Positions 61,339-64,000 of a DNA stretch of 64,000 bases are shown one piece after another. The stretch comes from Eledone cirrhosa (lineage: Eukaryota). Each line of letters opens with the position of its first letter. Position 1 is the first letter of the stretch. The notes under the pieces are model-generated. The model ran no database searches. It was not told the origin of the DNA and saw only the letters and a list, made by a program, of their open reading frames with translations. Position numbers and translations under genes: made by a program. The stretch is from the NCBI GenBank assembly GCA_964016885.1, contig OZ024745.1:9176001-9240000 (forward strand), read 5' to 3'.

Positions 61339-61660
61339 CAAGTTCACCATTTCCAAAATTGATGCTCGGATGAGGAGGGGTGGGCTGTAGAACATTCCGG
61401 ATGGGCGGGCACTCTTTAACAATATTTCAGGACGTTTTTTCTAAACTTTGTTTTCTATATCTGAGGGTGCATCACAGAAATGTAGGGGTAGAGGCAGTGC
61501 CATCTTGTGTCTCCCCACCTTGACGACGGGTCCGTAAACCATTTCAGAATGCAGTGTGGTAACTACATGGAAATACCATATATTTGGAACACTGGGTCTG
61601 TGTTGAACTACCGTTCAAAACCAATGTGATGGGAACTTCTGCGAGATCACTCCGCCCATA
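61339..61660 (-). promoter_or_regulatory. Candidate promoter / 5' exon on the - strand (possibly STAMBP)
   Basis: CpG-richer island; GC box GGGCGGA (61651-61657), CCAAT (61621), YY1-like CAAGATGGC (61499-61507), donor TTG|GTAAGA at 61338. Confidence 0.35.
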
Positions 61661-62157
61661 TATCACACTTTCGGCTCATAAAAAGAGGAGAATATATATC
61701 CTAAATATAGAGTGTTTAAAAATTACGAGTTATTTATTCACAGATGAAATCACAAGTCTTACACGATCTAGAGTTATTTCCCTTGAAAGTTTATTTACAA
61801 TATTAATTGGATAATTATTAGAAAACCGAGGTAAATAACGACAAGCGAAGGCAATAATTAATTCATAGAATTCAGTCACGCATTTACATATACTTCATAG
61901 CTTTTTCCTAGATTTCATAGATGACTAACCGACACATTCATTGAAATGTTAATTAGTAGAACATTAGACTAAATATTTGGACAGGTTTAAATCCGTTCTT
62001 GTTACTTTCCTGAACGTTGAAATGGAGAAAGTAATGTATTTGTATATGTAAAATCTAACGTTCTGGAGCTTCCCTGTCGTCTCAGAGTGAGGAAAAGAGA
62101 GAAAGTATTGTCACTAGAGCTGTCTGTGAGGGCCAGGCAATAGTGTGAAAGTGTCAG

Positions 62158-62630
62158 ATATCTGGGGTGCGGTGTGAACGAGGGAGGGTGGTGGTATGTA
62201 TCTGGAGTGCGATGTGAACGAGGGAGGGTGGTGGTATGTATCTGGGGTGCGATGTGAACGAGGGAGGGTGGTGGTATGTATCTGGGGTGCGATGTGAACG
62301 AGGGAGGGTGGTGGTATGTATCTGGGCTGCGGTGTGAACGAGGGAGGGTGGTGGTATGTATCTGGGCTGCGGTGTGAACGAGGGAGGGTGGTGGTATATA
62401 TCTGGGCTATGGTGTGAACGAGGGAGGGTGGTGGTATATATCTGGGCTATGGTGTGAACGAGGGAGGGTGGTGGTATATATCTGGGCTATGGTGTGAACA
62501 GGGAGGGTGGTGGTATATATCTGGGCTATGGTGTGAACGAGGGAGGGTGGTGGTATATATCTGGGCTATGGTGTGAACGAGGGAGGGTGGGGGTATATAT
62601 CTGGGCTGCGGTGTGAACGAGGGAGGGTGC
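62158..62630. repeat. 40-bp G-rich minisatellite, ~12 copies
   Basis: TATCTGGGGTGCGATGTGAACGAGGGAGGGTGGTGGTATG repeated. Confidence 0.95.
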
Positions 62631-64000
62631 TGTCAAATAAAAGTCGGGGCCTAAACAAAACAAGTTCAAGTAAAAAGAGGAACATATTCTCTTGGGGAAA
62701 ACGTAATTCGCATTAACAATCAGTTTGGATCAATAACATTTTGCATATATCTATGTGCAACTAATGAAAACAATTCATATATAACATTTTATACTAGAAA
62801 ATATCATTAAGAAATAAACGAAAGTGTATGTAACAGTTTTGTGTATTTTTAAAAGGCTAAAATAATTCCCAGTGTAATTCCCGACACGATTTCAGATGAA
62901 GTCACCAAACAAGTATAAATCCAAAATACACACAAAACAACGAGGAACTAAAAAATTAACACTAAATCTAACAACAAAAAAACGTTGATTTAAGTGGGTT
63001 TATGATATAGTTAAAAAAAATTAATTAATTAAATATTGCTTTCGTAGTGGTATATATATATATATACATTTAATATAGAAATGGCTTCTACAGGTCTAGA
63101 ACTGTTTCATTCATATGAAATCAGGAATGCGCATTTCAATATTAAATTGTTTTCACTCTAACCCCGATTTCATTCGGGATCTACTTATATATATATATAT
63201 ATATATAGGTGTGGGTGGGTTAATTAATTACAACAGTGACATATACAGGTACTTAAGTTTCGTTAGGTTATACACCCCAACTCATTCAGCTTGTTATATA
63301 AAAAGAAATATATATTTAACCTAAATACCAGTTTTTCTTGCATAAAAAGTTAACATTGGGAGTATTTGATGTTAGTTTTTAAATGTGCAGTTAGTTCCGA
63401 CTGTAGGTTTATTACTGTGCTATAACTTGTACTTATTAGTGATATTTTCTCTCAAAACAGTTTTTAAAAACATAATCATACCGAAACCATATATACTCTG
63501 TAATATATATCTTGTAATAAATAACTATCTCTGCCGACTTCGATAGTTAGTTGTGGTCCACAACTTGTGGCTGGTAAAAGTGTCCCATGAAAGTATTTAT
63601 GCATGACTGTAGTATGTCAGATAGGAAGAAACAAGAAAATCCCGGAAATAATGTTTAAATACATTTTACTTACTCATAACCAGTAAAAATAATGATTCAC
63701 ACTCCAAGTCATGTGATAATATTGATTTACAGGGAAAAACCAGAAGTGGAAATAACTTTCTGAAACTACCGGCTTACGAATTAAATATGACTTCAAGGAC
63801 TGAGGTGTATCACTTCTAAATCTTTGAATTATGAGAGAAATTAAACAAGCACCGGTAATTTATGTATTCTTCTAGAATTTAATTAAAATAACCAAAGGTA
63901 TAATTTTTTTTTTTTAAGAGAAAATAATAAGCATTCAATAGAAATACTATTAGAAATATATAAATTGGGAGGAAGAGGAGGGCGGGAAACCAACAATATA

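Overview
AT-rich, intron-rich eukaryotic genomic DNA. The SINE/LINE families point to an octopod cephalopod, probably Octopus; this is an inference from repeat families. Three protein-coding genes can be rebuilt exon by exon with GT-AG sites and consistent phases. (1) The 5' part of CEP120 on the - strand: 7 coding exons from ATG 15766 to 750, running off the left edge. (2) A complete MRPL12 on the + strand: 5 exons, 18041-25654, 205 aa, head-to-head with CEP120. (3) A complete STAMBP/AMSH JAMM deubiquitinase on the - strand: 9 coding exons, 40458-28144, 449 aa, tail-to-tail with MRPL12. Introns carry many mobile elements: a near-full-length, TSD-flanked RTE LINE with APE, RT and an inserted PHD finger; truncated RTE copies; tRNA-derived SINEs, one family sharing the RTE 3' tail; CRE-like, R4/Dong-like and CR1-like LINE remnants; and TTAA-flanked piggyBac-type MITEs. 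The right third is dominated by a ~16.6 kb 43-bp satellite with ~2.56-2.6 kb higher-order periodicity, plus 49-bp and 40-bp minisatellites. These may lie in a long 5' intron of STAMBP. The most notable observations are the higher-order satellite, the palindromic cores shared by unrelated minisatellites, two RTE copies sharing the same inactivating G>A lesions, and a fold-back element plus inverted CRE remnants in the CEP120/MRPL12 divergent promoter. No prokaryotic-type system or CRISPR array is supported.
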